DNA of 64,000 nucleotides from Escherichia coli (GTDB lineage Bacteria; Pseudomonadota; Gammaproteobacteria; Enterobacterales; Enterobacteriaceae): NCBI RefSeq assembly GCF_044647545.1, contig NZ_CP172818.1; one strand, 5' to 3'. Shown piece by piece: positions 52,835 to 64,000 of this stretch (position 1 is its first letter; each line of letters starts with the position of its first letter). The notes under the pieces were generated by a model. It saw only the letters and a program-made list of their open reading frames with translations, ran no database searches and was not told where the DNA came from. The position numbers and the translations under genes were made by a program.

Positions 52835-52960
52835 ATGAATCTTTTAATGCGCGCTATATTCAGTCTGCTGTTGCTTTTTACTCTCTCTATTCCTGTCATT
52901 TCTGACTGTGTTGCAATGGCCATTGAAAGTCGCTTCAAATATATGATGCTGCTTTTTTAA
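52835..52960 (+). CDS. Small hydrophobic protein (41 aa), possibly yqfG-like
   Basis: ATG at 52835 preceded by tGGAGAataat SD; encodes MNLLMRAIFSLLLLFTLSIPVISDCVAMAIESRFKYMMLLF with one predicted TM helix; below the 60 aa ORF-track cut-off. Confidence 0.45.
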   Translation: MNLLMRAIFSLLLLFTLSIPVISDCVAMAIESRFKYMMLLF

Positions 52961-53082
52961 ATGGTTTTTACCTGTCGACATCCGCTCAAAACGGGCGGTT
53001 GTCGATAAACGCTCACTTGGTTAATCATTTCACTCTTCAATTATCTATAATGATGAGTGATTAGAATTACATGTGAGAAATT

Positions 53083-53631
53083 ATGCAAACGGAACACGTC
53101 ATTTTATTGAATGCACAGGGAGTTCCCACGGGTACGCTGGAAAAGTATGCCGCACACACGGCAGACACTCTCTTACATCTCGCGTTCTCCAGTTGGCTGT
53201 TTAATGCCAAAGGGCAATTATTAGTTACCCGCCGCGCCCTTAGCAAAAAAGCGTGGCCTGGCGTGTGGACTAACTCGGTTTGTGGGCACCCACAACTGGG
53301 AGAAAGCAACGAAGACGCGGTGATCCGCCGTTGCCGTTATGAGCTTGGCGTGGAAATTACGCCTCCTGAATCTATCTATCCTGACTTCTACTATCGCGCC
53401 ACCGATCCGAATGGCATTGTGGAAAATGAAGTGTGTCCGGTATTTGCCGCACGCACCACCAGTGCGTTACAGATCAACGATGATGAAGTGATGGATTATC
53501 AATGGTGTGATTTAGCAGATGTATTACACGGTATTGATGCCACGCCGTGGGCGTTCAGTCCGTGGATGGTGATGCAGGCAGCCAATAGTGAAGCAAGAAA
53601 ATTGTTGTCTGCTTTCGCGCAGCACAATTAA
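53083..53631 (+). CDS. idi: Isopentenyl-diphosphate delta-isomerase (type 1, Nudix fold)
   Basis: 182 aa; matches Idi. Confidence 0.92.
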   Translation: MQTEHVILLNAQGVPTGTLEKYAAHTADTLLHLAFSSWLFNAKGQLLVTRRALSKKAWPGVWTNSVCGHPQLGESNEDAVIRRCRYELGVEITPPESIYPDFYYRATDPNGIVENEVCPVFAARTTSALQINDDEVMDYQWCDLADVLHGIDATPWAFSPWMVMQAANSEARKLLSAFAQHN

Positions 53632-53654
53632 AAAACCCCGACATTTGCCGGGGT
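53628..53654 (-). terminator. Rho-independent terminator of lysS
   Basis: aaccccg-acatttgc-cggggtt hairpin; on the minus strand it is followed by TTTTT (aaaaa on plus strand at 53629-53633). Confidence 0.65.
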
Positions 53655-53673
53655 TGTGAGCATAACGTAATGC

Positions 53674-55191
53674 TTATTTTACCGGACGCATCGCCGGGAA
53701 CAGAATAACGTCGCGGATGGTATGGCTGTTGGTGAACAGCATTACCATACGGTCGATACCAATTCCCAGACCTGCTGTCGGCGGTAAGCCATGTTCCAGT
53801 GCGGTGACGTAATCTTCATCGTAGAACATCGCTTCGTCGTCACCTGCATCTTTCGCGGCAACCTGATCCAGGAAGCGCTGCGCCTGATCTTCCGCGTCAT
53901 TCAGTTCGCTAAAGCCGTTACCGATTTCACGCCCACCAATGAAGAACTCAAAGCGGTCTGTGATTTCCGGGTTAACGTCGTTACGACGCGCCAGAGGAGA
54001 AACTTCTGCCGGATATTCAGTAATGAAGGTCGGCTGGATCAGATGTGCTTCTGCCACTTCTTCGAAGATCTCGGTAACGATACGGCCCAGACCCCAGCTC
54101 TTCTCAACGTGGATGCCGATAGATTCAGCAATCGCTTTCGCAGAGTCGAAGTTGTCCAGATCCGCCATGTCGGTTTCCGGGCGATATTTCTTGATCGCTT
54201 CACGCATGGTCAGTTTTTCGAACGGTTTACCGAAGTCCAGCGTTACGTCGCCGTAGGTCACTTCCGTCTTACCGAGAATATCCTGTGCCAGAGTACGGAA
54301 CAGCGATTCGGTCAGCTCGATAAGATCTTTGTAATCTGCGTAAGCCATATAGAGTTCCATCATGGTGAACTCTGGGTTATGACGTACGGAAATACCTTCG
54401 TTACGGAAGTTACGGTTGATTTCGAATACACGCTCGAAGCCACCGACCACCAGACGCTTGAGGTACAGTTCCGGCGCGATACGCAGGTACATGTCGAGAT
54501 CCAGCGCGTTATGGTGAGTGATAAACGGACGCGCAGCGGCACCGCCAGGGATCACCTGCATCATCGGCGTTTCAACTTCCATAAAGCCGCGGTTCACCAT
54601 GAACTGGCGAATACCAGAGAGGATCTGCGAGCGCACTTTAAAGGTGTTGCGGGATTCATCGTTAGAGATGAGATCCAGATAACGCTGACGATAGCGCGCT
54701 TCCTGATCCTGCAAGCCGTGGAATTTATCCGGCAGCGGACGTAGTGCTTTGGTCAGCAGACGCAGCTCGGTACAGTGGATAGACAGTTCGCCGGTTTTGG
54801 TTTTGAACAGTTTACCTTTCGCGCCGAGGATATCGCCGAGGTCCCATTTTTTGAACTGCTCGTTGTAAACGCCTTCCGGCAGATCGTCACGGGCAACGTA
54901 CAACTGAATGCGACCGCCAACGTCCTGCAGGGTAACGAAAGACGCTTTACCCATAATACGACGGGTCATCATGCGGCCAGCAACGGCGACTTCGATGTTC
55001 AGCGCTTCCAGTTCTTCGTTCTCTTTACCGTCGAATTCTGCGTGCAATTGGTCAGAGGTATGATCGCGACGGAAATCGTTCGGGAAGGCAATCCCCTGCT
55101 CACGCAGGTTCGCCAGCTTCTCACGACGCGTTTTCAGTTCATTGTTAAGATCGACTACCGCGTCAGCGCCCTGTGCGTGTTGTTCAGACAT
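53674..55191 (-). CDS. lysS: Lysyl-tRNA synthetase (class II), constitutive
   Basis: 505 aa; matches LysS; located immediately downstream of prfB, the known prfB-lysS arrangement. Confidence 0.93.
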
Positions 55192-55200
55192 GTTGGTTCC

Positions 55201-56299
55201 TCATAACCCTGCTTTCAAACTTGCTTCGATAAATTGATCCAGGCTGCCGTCCAGCACGGCCTGCGTGTTGCGGGTTTCTACCCCGGTACGCAGATCTTTA
55301 ATGCGGGAGTCATCAAGGACATAAGAACGAATCTGGCTGCCCCAGCCGATGTCAGATTTGTTATCTTCCATCGCCTGTTTCTCAGCATTTTTCTTCTGCA
55401 TCTCCAGTTCATAAAGCTTCGCTTTCATCTGCTTCATGGCCTGGTCTTTGTTCTTGTGCTGGGAACGGTCGTTCTGGCACTGGGTCACGATCCCAGTTGG
55501 GATGTGAGTAATACGCACCGCAGATTCGGTACGGTTAACGTGCTGACCGCCCGCGCCGGACGCGCGATAAACGTCGATGCGCAGATCCGCCGGATTGATT
55601 TCGATATCGATATCGTCATCAACTTCCGGGTAAACAAACGCGGAGCTGAACGACGTGTGGCGACGACCGCCGGAATCAAACGGGCTCTTACGCACCAGGC
55701 GGTGAACGCCGGTTTCTGTACGCAGCCAGCCGTAAGCGTAATCGCCGGAGATTTTGATCGTCACGGATTTAATACCCGCCACTTCACCTTCCGACTCTTC
55801 GATGATTTCAGTTTTGAAACCACGCGATTCTGCCCAGCGCAGATACATACGCTCAAGCATGCTCGCCCAGTCCTGTGCTTCCGTGCCGCCAGACCCCGCC
55901 TGAATATCGAGGTAGCAGTCGGCGCTGTCATATTCGCCAGAGAACATACGGCGGAACTCAAGCTGCGCCAGTTTTTCTTCCAGGGCGTCGAGTTCAGCAA
56001 CGGCTTCGTTAAAGGTTTCTTCGTCGTCAGCTTCTACAGCCAGTTCCAGCAGACCAGAAACATCTTCCAGCCCCTGTTTCATTTGGTCGAGGGTGTCGAC
56101 AACGGCTTCGAGGGAGGAACGCTCTTTACCCAGCGCCTGTGCGCGTTCGGGTTCGTTCCAGACATCCGGCTGTTCCAGCTCGGCGTTTACTTCTTCCAGA
56201 CGCTCTTTCTTGGCGTCATAGTCAAAGATACCCCCTAAGAACGTCGGAGCGTTCCGTGAGGTCCTGAATGCGATTATTTACCGGATTAATTTCAAACAT
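55201..56299 (-). CDS. prfB: Peptide chain release factor 2, expressed via programmed +1 ribosomal frameshift
   Basis: Frame 0 from ATG 56299 encodes [25 protein letters not shown] then UGA; frame +1 continues [18 protein letters not shown]... to the stop at 55201, with the SPF and GGQ motifs present (365 aa total). Confidence 0.93.
56221..56236 (-). other. prfB +1 frameshift recoding site (internal SD AGGGGG + CUU UGA C)
   Basis: Reverse complement of 56221-56236 reads AGGGGGTATCTTTGAC, the classic RF2 autoregulatory frameshift cassette. Confidence 0.9.
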
Positions 56300-56389
56300 G
56301 GTCTGATTTCTTTTATTGAGCTAGTCAAAATGCGGTGATAAGAGCGGGATTGTACCCAATCCACGCTCTTTTTTATAGAGAAGATGACG

Positions 56390-58123
56390 CTAAATTGGCC
56401 AGATATTGTCGATGATAATTTGCAGGCTGCGGTTGCCGCGAAACTCGTTGATATCGAGCTTGTAAGCCAGTTGCACTTCGCGCACGCCGTTATCCGGCCA
56501 GAGGGCGGTATCGACATTAAAAGCAATACCGTCCAGCAGCGGACCGCCGCCGACCGGTTCGACCATGACTTTCAAATGACGTTCACCCACCAGTCGCTGT
56601 TGCAGCAGACGGAAATGACCGTCAAACAGCGGCTCCGGGAACATTTGTCCCCACGGGCCAGCATCACGCAGCAGTTGCGCCACTTCCATGGTCATCTCTG
56701 CCGCACTTAATGGGCCGTCTGATACCACTTCCCCTTGCAATAAAGAAGGATCTAACCACTCGGTAACCAGTTCGCCAAACCGTTGTTGAAAGAGTTCGAA
56801 TTTATCCTCTTCCAGCGACAAACCCGCCGCCATCGCATGACCGCCAAACTTGAGCATCATGCCAGGGTAGAGCGTGTCTAACCGCTCCAGCGCATCGCGC
56901 ATGTGTAGCCCCTGAATCGAGCGACCGGAACCTTTCAGCGTACCATCACCAGCTGGCGCAAAGGCGATAACCGGACGATGAAAACGCTCTTTGATGCGCG
57001 AAGCCAGAATACCGACAACGCCCTGATGCCATTCGGGGTGATACATTGCCAGCCCGCCGGGTAGCGTGTCGCGGCTGCGCTCCAGTTTCTCGCACAGGGT
57101 CAGGGCTTCAACCTGCATTCCCTGTTCGATCTCTTTTCGCGTCTGGTTTAGCGCATCGAGTTCATTTGCCAGCACGCGCGCTTCGCCGATGTTGTCGCAC
57201 AGCAACAGCGCCACACCAACGGACATATCATCCAGTCTCCCGGCTGCATTCAGACGCGGCCCCAGCGCAAAACCTAGATCGCTGGCGGCGAGTTTTTGTG
57301 CATCACGGTTTGCCACTTCCAGCAGCGCTTTAATTCCTGGACGGCATTTTCCGGCGCGTATGCGGCTCATCCCCTGCCAGGTGAGGATGCGGTTATTAGC
57401 GTCCAGCGGCACGACGTCCGCCACTGTCCCCAACGCTACCAGATCCAGCAGTTCTGCCAGATTAGGAATTGCGATGCCGCGCTCATCAAACCAGCCCTGA
57501 TCGCGCAAAAAGGTGCGCAGCGCCAGCATCAGATAAAACGCTACCCCCACGCCTGCCAGTGATTTCGACGGGAAATTACAGTCGCGCAAGTTAGGGTTAA
57601 TGATCGCTTCCGCCGCGGGTAAGGTTTCGCCCGGCAAATGGTGATCGGTAACAATAACCGGAATGCCCAACGAGCGAGCGTGTTCAACCCCCGCATGGGA
57701 GGAAATACCGTTATCCACCGTGACAATTAACTGCGCGCCACGGGCATGGGCCTGATCGACCACTTCCGGGCTTAAGCCGTAACCGTCTTCGAAACGGTTT
57801 GGTACCAGGTAGTCGATATTGCTGCAACCAAGCGAGCGCATCGCCAGCACGCTTAGAGCCGTGCTGGTGGCACCGTCGGCGTCGAAATCACCGACCACCA
57901 TAATCCGCGTTCCTTCGCGAAAGGCGTTGTAAAGGATCTCAACGGCCTTTTCGACGCCGCTCAGTTGCTGCCAGGGCAGCATACCTTTAACACTGCGTTC
58001 CAGTTCTTGCGCACTGCGTACTCCCCGGCTGGCGTATAAACGGCGCAGCAAGGGCGGCAATTCAGCGGGCAAGTCTGCCGTTTCATCGACTTCACGGCGA
58101 CGAAGTTGTATCTGTTGTTTCAC
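56390..58123 (-). CDS. recJ: Single-stranded-DNA-specific 5'-3' exonuclease RecJ
   Basis: 577 aa; DHH phosphoesterase motifs; matches RecJ. Confidence 0.93.
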   Translation of the reverse strand: MKQQIQLRRREVDETADLPAELPPLLRRLYASRGVRSAQELERSVKGMLPWQQLSGVEKAVEILYNAFREGTRIMVVGDFDADGATSTALSVLAMRSLGCSNIDYLVPNRFEDGYGLSPEVVDQAHARGAQLIVTVDNGISSHAGVEHARSLGIPVIVTDHHLPGETLPAAEAIINPNLRDCNFPSKSLAGVGVAFYLMLALRTFLRDQGWFDERGIAIPNLAELLDLVALGTVADVVPLDANNRILTWQGMSRIRAGKCRPGIKALLEVANRDAQKLAASDLGFALGPRLNAAGRLDDMSVGVALLLCDNIGEARVLANELDALNQTRKEIEQGMQVEALTLCEKLERSRDTLPGGLAMYHPEWHQGVVGILASRIKERFHRPVIAFAPAGDGTLKGSGRSIQGLHMRDALERLDTLYPGMMLKFGGHAMAAGLSLEEDKFELFQQRFGELVTEWLDPSLLQGEVVSDGPLSAAEMTMEVAQLLRDAGPWGQMFPEPLFDGHFRLLQQRLVGERHLKVMVEPVGGGPLLDGIAFNVDTALWPDNGVREVQLAYKLDINEFRGNRSLQIIIDNIWPI

Positions 58124-58128
58124 GCGAA

Positions 58129-58839
58129 TTATTTACCGCTGGTCATTTTTTGGTGTTCGTCGAGGAATTCTTTCATGTCTTTCGGTGGCTGGTAACCCGG
58201 AACAAGTGTGCCATTGCTCAGCACAATTGCCGGAGTGCCGCTAACGCCAAGCTGGACGCCAAGTGCGTAATGATCGGCAATATCGATATCGCAACTTGCC
58301 GGAGTGGCAGCTTTACCAGCCATCACATCATCAAACGCTTTGTTTTTATCTTTCGCACACCAGATGGCTTTCATTTGTTGCTCAGCCTGGCTCTCCAGCC
58401 CCTGGCGCGGGAAAGCAAGATAACGCACGGTGATCCCCAGCGCGTTGTAGTCTGCCATTTGCTCATGCAGTTTGTGGCAGTAACCACAGGTAATATCAGT
58501 AAACACGGTAATGACGTGTTTTTCCTGCGGCGCTTTATAAACGATCATCTCGTTTTCAAGCGCGTTCAGCTGCTTTAACAGCATCTTATTGGTGACATTG
58601 ACCGGTGCCGTTCCGCTAACGTCATACATTGGCCCCTGAATGATATGTTTACCATCATCGGTGATGTACAACACACCGCTGTTAGTCAGAACTGTCTTCA
58701 TGCCAGCCACGGGTGCAGGCTGAATATCGCTGCTTTTGATGCCCATTTTGGCTAACGTCTGTTGAATTGCCGCGTCATCCGCCTGAGCAAAGCCTGAAAA
58801 CGCCGCCAACAACGTAAATAACATAAAACCTTTCTTCAT
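58129..58839 (-). CDS. dsbC: Periplasmic thiol:disulfide interchange protein (disulfide isomerase)
   Basis: 236 aa; signal peptide and CGYC active site; matches DsbC. Confidence 0.93.
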   Translation of the reverse strand: MKKGFMLFTLLAAFSGFAQADDAAIQQTLAKMGIKSSDIQPAPVAGMKTVLTNSGVLYITDDGKHIIQGPMYDVSGTAPVNVTNKMLLKQLNALENEMIVYKAPQEKHVITVFTDITCGYCHKLHEQMADYNALGITVRYLAFPRQGLESQAEQQMKAIWCAKDKNKAFDDVMAGKAATPASCDIDIADHYALGVQLGVSGTPAIVLSNGTLVPGYQPPKDMKEFLDEHQKMTSGK

Positions 58840-58863
58840 AAATCTTCCCGTTCTTTTCAGACA

Positions 58864-59760
58864 TCACGCCCGCGGGTGATGCTGTTGATGAAGTTGCCGC
58901 AGACGCTCGGTAGCGACATGCGTATAAATTTGCGTGGTGGAGAGATCGCTGTGGCCCAGTAGCATCTGCACCACGCGCAAATCCGCACCATGATTTAATA
59001 AGTGAGTGGCAAAAGCGTGACGCAACACATGCGGTGACAGCTTTTCGCTGTCGATACCCGCCAGCACGGCATAATGTTTAATGCGGTGCCAGAAGGTCTG
59101 TCGCGTCATCTGCTGCGCACGCTGGCTGGGAAACAACACGTCAATTGACACACCATTCAACAGCCACGGACGCCCATGTTCCAGATAGGTTTCCAGCCAG
59201 TAAACCGCCTCTTCACCTAACGGCACCAGGCGCTCTTTGTTGCCTTTACCAATGACCCGCACCACGCCCTGACGCAGGCTGATATCACTCATTGTCAGCC
59301 CGACCAGTTCAGAGACACGCAGTCCGGTAGCATACAACACTTCAAGCATGGCTTTATCGCGTAGCTCCAGTGGCTGATCAATTAATGGTGCCTGTAATAA
59401 ACGTTCGACCTGCGCTTCGCTTAAATCTTTTGGCAAACGCTGGGGCAATTTCGGTGAAGCGAGATGCGCACTGGGATCATCTTCACGAAACTTTTCGCGA
59501 TAAAGATACTGGAACAATCGGCGCACTGCACTCAGCAAACGCGCTGAGCTGGTGGCTTTATACCCGCCCTCCAGCCGTTCTGCCAGTAATGCCTGCAAAT
59601 CGTCACTTTGCGCCGTCGCCAGCGTCAACCCGCGGTGATGCAACCACTCCACCATCATTGACAGATCGCGACGGTAAGCGTTCAACGTATTTTCAGCCAG
59701 ATTTTTTTCCAGCCACAGAGCATCAAGAAACTGCTCGATGCGTGCCAGATCCTGTTTCAC
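58864..59760 (-). CDS. xerD: Site-specific tyrosine recombinase XerD
   Basis: 298 aa; C-terminal R..HxxR..Y catalytic motifs (LRHAFATHLL, LLGHSDLSTTQIYTHV). Confidence 0.93.
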   Translation of the reverse strand: MKQDLARIEQFLDALWLEKNLAENTLNAYRRDLSMMVEWLHHRGLTLATAQSDDLQALLAERLEGGYKATSSARLLSAVRRLFQYLYREKFREDDPSAHLASPKLPQRLPKDLSEAQVERLLQAPLIDQPLELRDKAMLEVLYATGLRVSELVGLTMSDISLRQGVVRVIGKGNKERLVPLGEEAVYWLETYLEHGRPWLLNGVSIDVLFPSQRAQQMTRQTFWHRIKHYAVLAGIDSEKLSPHVLRHAFATHLLNHGADLRVVQMLLGHSDLSTTQIYTHVATERLRQLHQQHHPRA

Positions 59761-59871
59761 TTGCGCCCCTTATGGTCACTCATTTGATCCATTATGCCTT
59801 ATTGTGCCGTGACTAAAGCGATTCTGATACACTAGCCGCAAAAGCCACAGCAGAATCGAGAAGCTTACGTT

Positions 59872-60393
59872 ATGAATATGGGTCTTTTTTACGGTTCCAG
59901 CACCTGTTACACCGAAATGGCGGCAGAAAAAATCCGCGATATTATCGGCCCAGAACTGGTGACCTTACATAACCTCAAGGACGACTCCCCGAAATTAATG
60001 GAGCAGTACGATGTGCTCATTCTGGGTATCCCGACCTGGGATTTTGGCGAAATCCAGGAAGACTGGGAAGCCGTCTGGGATCAGCTCGACGACCTGAACC
60101 TCGAAGGTAAAATTGTTGCGCTGTATGGGCTTGGCGATCAACTGGGATACGGCGAGTGGTTCCTCGATGCGCTCGGTATGCTGCATGACAAACTCTCGAC
60201 CAAAGGCGTGAAGTTCGTCGGCTACTGGCCAACGGAAGGATATGAATTTACCAGCCCGAAACCGGTGATTGCTGACGGGCAACTGTTCGTGGGTCTGGCG
60301 CTGGATGAAACTAACCAGTATGACCTTAGCGACGAGCGTATTCAGAGCTGGTGCGAGCAAATCCTCAACGAAATGGCAGAGCATTACGCCTGA
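59872..60393 (+). CDS. fldB: Flavodoxin 2
   Basis: 173 aa; long-chain flavodoxin, N-terminal FMN-binding [12 protein letters not shown]. Confidence 0.92.
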
Positions 60394-60432
60394 TGTCACT
60401 GACGGCTTAGCACATATGCTTTGCCGTCATCT

Positions 60433-61099
<667 letters not shown>

Positions 61100-61339
61100 T
61101 CACGAAAATCCAGTACCCGGCTATTGTAACGTGTTTTTCGACTTCTTTTACGGGAATATCAGTAAACACAATCGCGATCGCGAAATTAATTCACAACAAT
61201 TCAAGGGCTTCATTTTTTTGGAAGTCGCCTCGCAAAGCATATCAGAAGGCACAGATCGCGTAGTGAAAGCACTTGCATTGCCTCATAGCTCTTTTACCAT
61301 TAGTCATTAATACGCCGTTAAGCAACTCAGGACTCTATT

Positions 61340-62320
61340 ATGGCTTTTACACCTTTTCCTCCCCGTCAGCCTACGGCGTCTGCCCGTTTACCGCTGACGC
61401 TGATAACGCTTGATGACTGGGCGCTTGCCACCATTACTGGCGCGGACAGCGAAAAATATATGCAGGGTCAGGTGACAGCAGATGTCAGCCAGATGACAGA
61501 AAATCAGCATCTGCTCGCCGCCCATTGCGACGCCAAAGGTAAAATGTGGAGCAATTTACGTCTGTTCCGCGACGGCGATGGCTTTGCATGGATTGAACGG
61601 CGCAGTGTGCGTGAACCGCAGCTGACTGAACTGAAAAAATATGCGGTGTTCTCTAAAGTGACCATCGCGCCGGACGATGAGCGTGTGCTGCTTGGTGTTG
61701 CCGGTTTTCAGGCGCGCGCCGCGCTGGCAAATATCTTTAGTGAACTGCCTTCGAAAGAAAAACAGGTAGTTAAAGAAGGCGCGACCACTTTGCTATGGTT
61801 TGAACACCCTGCAGAACGTTTCCTGATCGTAACCGATGAAGCCACTGCCAATATGCTGACCGATAAACTGCGCGGTGAAGCGGAACTGAACAATAGCCAA
61901 CAGTGGCTGGCATTAAACATTGAAGCGGGTTTCCCGGTGATTGATGCCGCCAACAGCGGGCAGTTTATCCCACAGGCGACCAACCTCCAGGCGCTGGGCG
62001 GCATTAGCTTTAAAAAAGGCTGCTATACCGGACAAGAGATGGTGGCGCGAGCTAAATTCCGTGGTGCCAATAAACGCGCGCTCTGGTTGCTGACGGGTAG
62101 CGCCAGCCGACTGCCGGAAGCCGGTGAAGACTTAGAGCTGAAAATGGGCGAGAACTGGCGTCGTACCGGAACCGTGCTGGCTGCGGTAAAACTGGAAGAT
62201 GGTCAGGTCGTGGTACAGGTCGTCATGAATAACGATATGGAACCGGACAGCATCTTCCGCGTGCGTGACGATGCGAATACATTGCATATCGAGCCGCTGC
62301 CGTATTCACTCGAAGAGTAA
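61340..62320 (+). CDS. ygfZ: Folate-binding protein YgfZ (Fe-S cluster repair/assembly, GcvT-like)
   Basis: 326 aa; matches YgfZ including KGCYxGQE motif. Confidence 0.92.
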   Translation: MAFTPFPPRQPTASARLPLTLITLDDWALATITGADSEKYMQGQVTADVSQMTENQHLLAAHCDAKGKMWSNLRLFRDGDGFAWIERRSVREPQLTELKKYAVFSKVTIAPDDERVLLGVAGFQARAALANIFSELPSKEKQVVKEGATTLLWFEHPAERFLIVTDEATANMLTDKLRGEAELNNSQQWLALNIEAGFPVIDAANSGQFIPQATNLQALGGISFKKGCYTGQEMVARAKFRGANKRALWLLTGSASRLPEAGEDLELKMGENWRRTGTVLAAVKLEDGQVVVQVVMNNDMEPDSIFRVRDDANTLHIEPLPYSLEE

Positions 62321-62395
62321 ATCTCTGTGTCGCATCATGCATTTATCGCCTGATGCGAAAGGGTGTGTCTTTTCAGGCCTACAAAGGCACACCCA

Positions 62396-63058
<663 letters not shown>

Positions 63059-63218
63059 TTACTCCGGAGAAACGTACACGCACATGTATACCTCTCCAGC
63101 GTAACTGAGAATAGTTCCAGTGAACACCTGTTAGCTAAAATAAATTCTGATTTGAGACTAATCTCCGAAAAATCATGAAATTAAATGCGAAATTTCAACT
63201 AACAGGCGTGAGTTCAAT

Positions 63219-63530
63219 TTAAAGGCATTTAAATTCAATCACATAAAACTGTGTCTGACCGGGATAGATATCGGTAATGACCTTTTTCAGATCAGTCAGG
63301 GTCATATTTTCCTGCTCTGCATGTTTTTCCGTCAGTGTATCCAGCGTTACGGTTGAGGTTGCGGTGACTTCAATCGTGCAAAAATAACCGTCATCTTCAA
63401 AACGCCCGACACGAAGCACATCACCCGTTTTGAAGTGCGATTCAGACTCGTCGCGGATGGTGATGGTTTTACGCCCAGCCAGAATGTCATCCTGGAAACG
63501 TTGAAAAAAAGTGATGTCGTTTGGCTGCAT
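63219..63530 (-). CDS. yqfB: ASCH-domain protein
   Basis: 103 aa; matches YqfB. Confidence 0.85.
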   Translation of the reverse strand: MQPNDITFFQRFQDDILAGRKTITIRDESESHFKTGDVLRVGRFEDDGYFCTIEVTATSTVTLDTLTEKHAEQENMTLTDLKKVITDIYPGQTQFYVIEFKCL

Positions 63531-63547
63531 GGTACTATTTCCTGTAA

Positions 63548-64000
<453 letters not shown>

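Noticed and set aside
62321-62395. Possible terminator or REP-like element after ygfZ (gggtgtg...cacaccc)
   Set aside because: The stem is short with a long loop and no adjacent T-run; not convincing by eye.

Overview
This window reads as an Escherichia coli K-12-like chromosomal segment running from ygeA/araE to bglA, identified by gene order and protein sequences recalled from memory, not by any database search. It contains three blocks. (1) 1-7000: core sugar/uronate genes (ygeA partial, araE, kduD, kduI, yqeF, yqeG). (2) ~7000-19270: a strongly AT-rich island next to tRNA-Gly that matches the degenerate ETT2 type III secretion island (yqeH, yqeI, yqeJ, yqeK, ygeF, ygeG, ygeH, ygeI, pbl, ygeK, ygeN, ygeO, IS2, ygeQ). 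It holds regulators, a chaperone, a lytic transglycosylase and OrgA/OrgB-like remnants but no secretion apparatus, with an IS2 copy at the deletion junction and unusual poly(A) runs of 18-20 nt. (3) ~20500-52800: the large cryptic purine-catabolism / selenium-dependent molybdenum hydroxylase cluster (xdhABC, ygeV, ygeW, ygeX, ygeY, hyuA, yqeA, yqeB, yqeC, ygfJ, ygfK, ssnA, ygfM, xdhD, xanQ, guaD, ghxQ, ygfS, ygfT, uacT), followed by housekeeping genes (idi, lysS, prfB, recJ, dsbC, xerD, fldB, ygfX, sdhE, ygfZ, trhA, yqfB, bglA partial). The most notable single observations are an apparent frameshift splitting uacT, the prfB programmed +1 frameshift site, and a 41-codon ORF between uacT and idi. 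I found no CRISPR array, no rRNA, and no novel defence-like system; the systems here are poorly characterised but not undescribed.
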